Below are positions 61,581 to 64,000 of a stretch of DNA of 64,000 nt, piece after piece (positions within the stretch are counted from its first letter, which is position 1; the number at the start of each line of letters is the position of its first letter). The notes below the pieces were generated by a model that worked only from the letters and a program-made list of their open reading frames with translations, made no database searches and was not told the DNA's origin. The translations under genes and the position numbers were made by a program. Source of the stretch: Nitrosopumilus sp. (GTDB taxonomy: Archaea; Thermoproteota; Nitrososphaeria; Nitrososphaerales; Nitrosopumilaceae); the NCBI GenBank assembly GCA_965205215.1, contig OZ242041.1:1088001-1152000 (forward strand), read 5' to 3'.

Positions 61581-62750
61581 GTGAATTTTACGGGATTTGA
61601 ACTGGACCAGCTGCTCGGGATGGGAGAGGAGTCAAACCCGCTGATGATGCTCGTGTGGATACTTCCCGTAATACTCTTCGTGTTTTATGGCCAGAGAATA
61701 CAGCTCTATGTGACGTCAGGCGAGATCAAAAAGGCGATAAAGAAACTTGACGCGTACAGGTCAGAGTCAAGGGATGAGCTGCTCGGGCACCTCAGGGATG
61801 TCACGGGCAGTCAGCAGCAGCAGCAGCAGCGCCGGCCGCCTGACCAGGCCAAACCAGACGAGCTTGCAGGCAAGGTATCCAGGTTCATAGACTATATCAC
61901 GATAATGCCGGTGGACATGGATCCGTCGGGAATAGTGCCAAAGGTAAAGCACGTGATGCGCACAAGGGAGGACGTGACGAGGAGGCAGGTCAGGGCCCTT
62001 GCCCCGGGCGTGGCAGACGAGCTGCAGGCGGCAAGGGTGCAGGTTCTGCTTGAGATTGCGTCCTCGCTGCACATGATACACAAGACAGTCAACCACATGT
62101 TCCTCACCGCAAAAAGGCAGAACAACTATCCGCTCATCCTGCCGCTGCAGATGGCGCTGCCCTTCGTAATGGAGCAGGCCGAGGCCCTCAGGAACGCCAC
62201 CGGGGCGTTCAGGAAGGGGCATCCCGTAGGCGACGGAATCGGGCCCATGATAGTCGGGAGGATGATGCGCGGGCTCAAAAAGGAGGAGGCCGCCCTACAC
62301 ACGGTGCTTGCAAGGGACTCGTACGAGGGGCGCAGCCTGCTGCTGCTAAAGGCGCGCGGCCCCGCCCCCGTGGTCGGAAGGCCCGCAGACGCCATATCCT
62401 ACATCGCGGAGTCGGGGCAGGAGATACATGCCATCATAATGATAGACGCGGCCCTCAAGATGGAGGGTGAGGATTCGGCAAGCGTATCGCACGGGTTTGG
62501 CGCCGCGATAGGGGGGATCGGCACGGAGAGGTACGAGATCGAGGAGTACGCGCTGGGGGCCGGGATACCGATCTTTTCGATAGTGGTAAAAGAGTCCGTA
62601 GAGGAGGCCGTTACCATAATGACAGAGGAGATAGCGCAAAGGGCCGACGAGATTGCAGTCCAGGTGCGCGAGATGATACTCGAGAACGCCGATGAGGGCC
62701 AGACAGTGCTGGTCATCGGGGTCGGAAACACGGCGGGTGTCGCGCAGTGA
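61581..62750 (+). CDS. DUF1512 family protein
   Basis: PVDMDPSGIV, PVGDGIGP, IDAALKMEGE, GAAIGGIG.E, IGVGNT.GVAQ. Confidence 0.85.
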   Translation: MNFTGFELDQLLGMGEESNPLMMLVWILPVILFVFYGQRIQLYVTSGEIKKAIKKLDAYRSESRDELLGHLRDVTGSQQQQQQRRPPDQAKPDELAGKVSRFIDYITIMPVDMDPSGIVPKVKHVMRTREDVTRRQVRALAPGVADELQAARVQVLLEIASSLHMIHKTVNHMFLTAKRQNNYPLILPLQMALPFVMEQAEALRNATGAFRKGHPVGDGIGPMIVGRMMRGLKKEEAALHTVLARDSYEGRSLLLLKARGPAPVVGRPADAISYIAESGQEIHAIIMIDAALKMEGEDSASVSHGFGAAIGGIGTERYEIEEYALGAGIPIFSIVVKESVEEAVTIMTEEIAQRADEIAVQVREMILENADEGQTVLVIGVGNTAGVAQ

Positions 62751-62941
62751 CATCTGAGCGCGACAGGAAAAAGAAGAGGCTCGTGACGGAGTACACCATA
62801 ACCATATGCCACGGGTGCGGGGCCTCTGGCAAGAGGAGGTTCAGGCACGGCGACGTCGTATTTGAAGACGCGCCCGAGCCCTGCCTCGAATGCGGTGGTG
62901 CCGTAATGATAGACAAGATCTTCGGAGAGATTCTGGAGTGA
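62747..62941 (+). CDS. Small zinc-ribbon protein
   Basis: CHGCG...R.F..GD.VF...CLECG...I.KIFGE; GTGA overlap. Confidence 0.75.
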   Translation: MTSERDRKKKRLVTEYTITICHGCGASGKRRFRHGDVVFEDAPEPCLECGGAVMIDKIFGEILE

Positions 62942-63021
62942 TGCGGGGCCGGCTGCAAGCCGGGTGCAGTGGCAGCAGCAACAGCGGCATCTACAACCGC
63001 GTCAAGGGTGCGGCACCGTGC

Positions 63022-63918
63022 TCAGGGCGCCGCGGTCACCAGCGTCACGCCCTCGTCGGTTGGAATGAACGTGTGCTCTGCCTGCGCCACCCGCTGCCCC
63101 TCGGCCTCTACAAGCACGGGATAGGCCTGGACGGCCTTTTTCTTTACGAGCAGCTCTAGCAGCTTCCTGGCCTCCCCCTCCTCCCATTCGGACGTAAGCC
63201 ACCTGAGCGCGAATGGCAGCGTGTTGAACCTCTCCCAGATGCGGTCAAGCATCCGGTCGGCCTCCTCGCTCTTTGTCCTCTTGCGCGACACGAGCGCAAA
63301 GATGTTCTTTATGCTGCCGTTGCGCACAAAGCCGCCGCCGTCACGCGTCGTGACAAACGGCTCGCACGCGTACGCGGACTGGTCCGACAGCGAGAATCCG
63401 CCGATCGACCATATGTTCGGGATGGTTTTGCCGGCGTGTATCGTATACTGGTCAAGGGAGTGTCCGCTCAGGTTGGCGATGGGCTTGAACCCCATGTCCC
63501 TGATCGACGACTCGATGGTGCGGCCTATGTCGCGCGCCTTTACCCCCGCCTTCATCATGGAGAGGGCCTTTGCGAGGGCCTTTTCGGCCGCACCGACAAG
63601 CGGGTCGTACTCGGGATCATAGCACACGGATACGGCCGTGTCGGCAATGTAGCCGTTGACGTGGGCCCCGAGATCAATCTTTACCAGATCATCGTCCTTT
63701 ATCTCGAGGTCGTCGCCGGGCTCGGCCGTATAATGGGCCGCAATCTCGTTGATGCTGACATTGACTGGAAAGGCGCAGTCCGCGCCGCGTTTTCTGATCT
63801 CGGATTCGACGTACTCGCACAGGTCGTATGCGGTCCGGCCCACCCAGTCGGTGCTGCGCGCAATCTCCCTGACCTCGCCTGCGATCCGGCCCGCCTTTAG
63901 ATAATCCTCGACCTGCAC
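63022..63918 (-). CDS. map: Type II methionine aminopeptidase
   Basis: AFPVNVSINEIAAHYT, KIDLGAHVNGYIADTA, NLSGHSL....IHAG, EPF, AQAEHT. Confidence 0.96.
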   Translation of the reverse strand: MQVEDYLKAGRIAGEVREIARSTDWVGRTAYDLCEYVESEIRKRGADCAFPVNVSINEIAAHYTAEPGDDLEIKDDDLVKIDLGAHVNGYIADTAVSVCYDPEYDPLVGAAEKALAKALSMMKAGVKARDIGRTIESSIRDMGFKPIANLSGHSLDQYTIHAGKTIPNIWSIGGFSLSDQSAYACEPFVTTRDGGGFVRNGSIKNIFALVSRKRTKSEEADRMLDRIWERFNTLPFALRWLTSEWEEGEARKLLELLVKKKAVQAYPVLVEAEGQRVAQAEHTFIPTDEGVTLVTAAP

Positions 63919-64000
63919 AGCGCGACGGACGGGACGCGCACTTAAAACGATTGGCAATGGGGCCGCCTGCGTCCGGCGCGGCCGCGGTGCGCGCGGCGTG

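Overview
GC-rich thaumarchaeal chromosome segment (Nitrosopumilaceae; gene content and cargo suggest a Cenarchaeum-like, possibly sponge-associated lineage, which is inference). Left part: SelB-like protein, ubiX, tatA/tatC, a RelE-type toxin-antitoxin pair, purS-purQ-purL-purF and a heme cluster (chdC/cld-like, ahbAB, sirC, hemA, hemB). Centre: a ~22.6-kb integrative element (19535..42128) at the 3' end of an intron-containing tRNA-Leu(CAA), bounded by a 16-bp direct repeat. It carries a truncated type ISP/Mrr-like restriction gene, a ~4,700-codon LVIVD-propeller/PKD surface protein split by one frameshift, two AbrB-like and one RHH-like regulators, 18-bp and 33-bp tandem repeats, a non-coding array of four ~190-bp units each ending in a covarying 42-46-bp palindrome, and an intact tyrosine integrase. 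That array next to the integrase is the best candidate for an undescribed system. Right part: ssb, sufC, tfb, gar1, srp19, sec61beta, DUF2070, a serpin, an ABC binding protein, tsr3, an IS630 remnant, a GT2, tbp and map. All calls come from reading the sequence and motif recognition; no searches were run.
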